This document shows positions 44,215 to 44,648 of a stretch of 44,648 nucleotides of DNA, piece by piece. Origin of the DNA: an uncultured Candidatus Saccharibacteria bacterium (lineage in GTDB: Bacteria > Patescibacteriota > Minisyncoccia > Phycocordibacterales > XYD1-FULL-46-19); the NCBI GenBank assembly GCA_964433715.1, contig CAYSSL010000001.1, forward strand, positions 1-44,648, given 5' to 3'. Both the position numbers and the translations under genes were made by a program. The notes under the pieces were generated by a model. The model was not told the DNA's origin. It saw only the letters and a program-made list of their open reading frames with translations, and did not search any database. Numbering within the stretch: position 1 is the stretch's first letter; each line of letters begins with the position of its first letter.

Positions 44215-44648
44215 TTAATCCTCACTTTTAATTTTTCCATTCAAGGTCCGCAGTTCTTTCAGCGCCATCTCGCCCTCCTCTTTTGTCGGTGGTTTGCCAT
44301 GCCACTCGTATTTTTTCTCAAAAGCGGGTACCCCCTTGCCCGGCGTAGTGTGGGCGATGATAACTACCGGTCGGCCGAAAACCGCTTGGGCCTCGCCCAC
44401 CGCCGACACAATGTCGTCAACGTTGTGACCATCTATCTCAATGACATGCCAATTGAAATCAGCAAATTTTTCCGCCAAGGGTTCCAGCGGCATAATATCT
44501 TCGGTAAAACCGTCGATCTGAATATTGTTGCGGTCAATAATCGCTATTAGGTTAGAAAACTTTTGTTTACCCGCAAACAGCACCGCTTCCCACGTGTTGC
44601 CCTCTTGCAACTCACCGTCGGACATTAGGCAATAGATATATTTGTTGG
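44215..44648 (-). CDS. transketolase, N-terminal (TPP-binding) subunit, 5'-truncated by the window edge
   Basis: The frame stays open upstream of the listed Met to the window end (..NKYIYCLMSDGELQEGNTWEA), which is the GDG-x-EG TPP motif region. Confidence 0.85.
   Translation of the reverse strand, partial: NKYIYCLMSDGELQEGNTWEAVLFAGKQKFSNLIAIIDRNNIQIDGFTEDIMPLEPLAEKFADFNWHVIEIDGHNVDDIVSAVGEAQAVFGRPVVIIAHTTPGKGVPAFEKKYEWHGKPPTKEEGEMALKELRTLNGKIKSED

Noticed and set aside
1-44648. CRISPR arrays, integrases, transposases, prophage genes and alternative genetic code (UGA recoding)
   Set aside because: I saw no regularly spaced direct repeats and no recombinase or transposase-like ORF in the track. 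Long housekeeping ORFs are intact under the standard code, and several genes end in TGA.

Overview
This is a gene-dense window, mostly transcribed on the minus strand. The gene content (split transketolase, class II RNR, VKOR+DsbA, LemA/HtpX, O-antigen-ligase/TPR protein, RNase J with a basic tail, few biosynthetic genes) suggests a small-genome CPR/Patescibacteria-like bacterium; this is inference only. The standard genetic code fits.

Recognisable content:
- Three tRNAs (Arg-CCT, Gly-CCC, Ser-GGA) and RNase P RNA.
- Housekeeping genes: lepA, murJ, nrdJ, htpX, lemA, lnt, groES/groEL, secG, rnj, typA, a UvrD-type helicase fused to a Cas4-like nuclease, a pseudouridine synthase and a secreted SNase-type nuclease.
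- A 1997-aa SpvB/FG-GAP/RHS (Tc-toxin BC-like) protein with an unrecognised 209-aa C-terminal payload and a small downstream candidate immunity gene.

The most unusual signal is non-coding. tRNA-Gly and tRNA-Ser are each followed by a homologous ~180-210 nt module. It consists of a conserved trailer hairpin and a GC-rich core, bracketed by an inverted and a direct copy of the 3' end of that particular tRNA. The tRNA-Ser copy carries a CCA that the gene itself does not encode. I do not recognise this architecture.

Other items worth a second look:
- Two GC-rich orphan mini-genes, each with its own promoter, SD and terminator.
- A promoter-to-terminator unit with no ORF.
- Two unlisted short hydrophobic ORFs of 32 and 37 aa.
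- An AT-rich membrane ORF wedged between the two transketolase halves.

No CRISPR array, integrase or transposase was seen.
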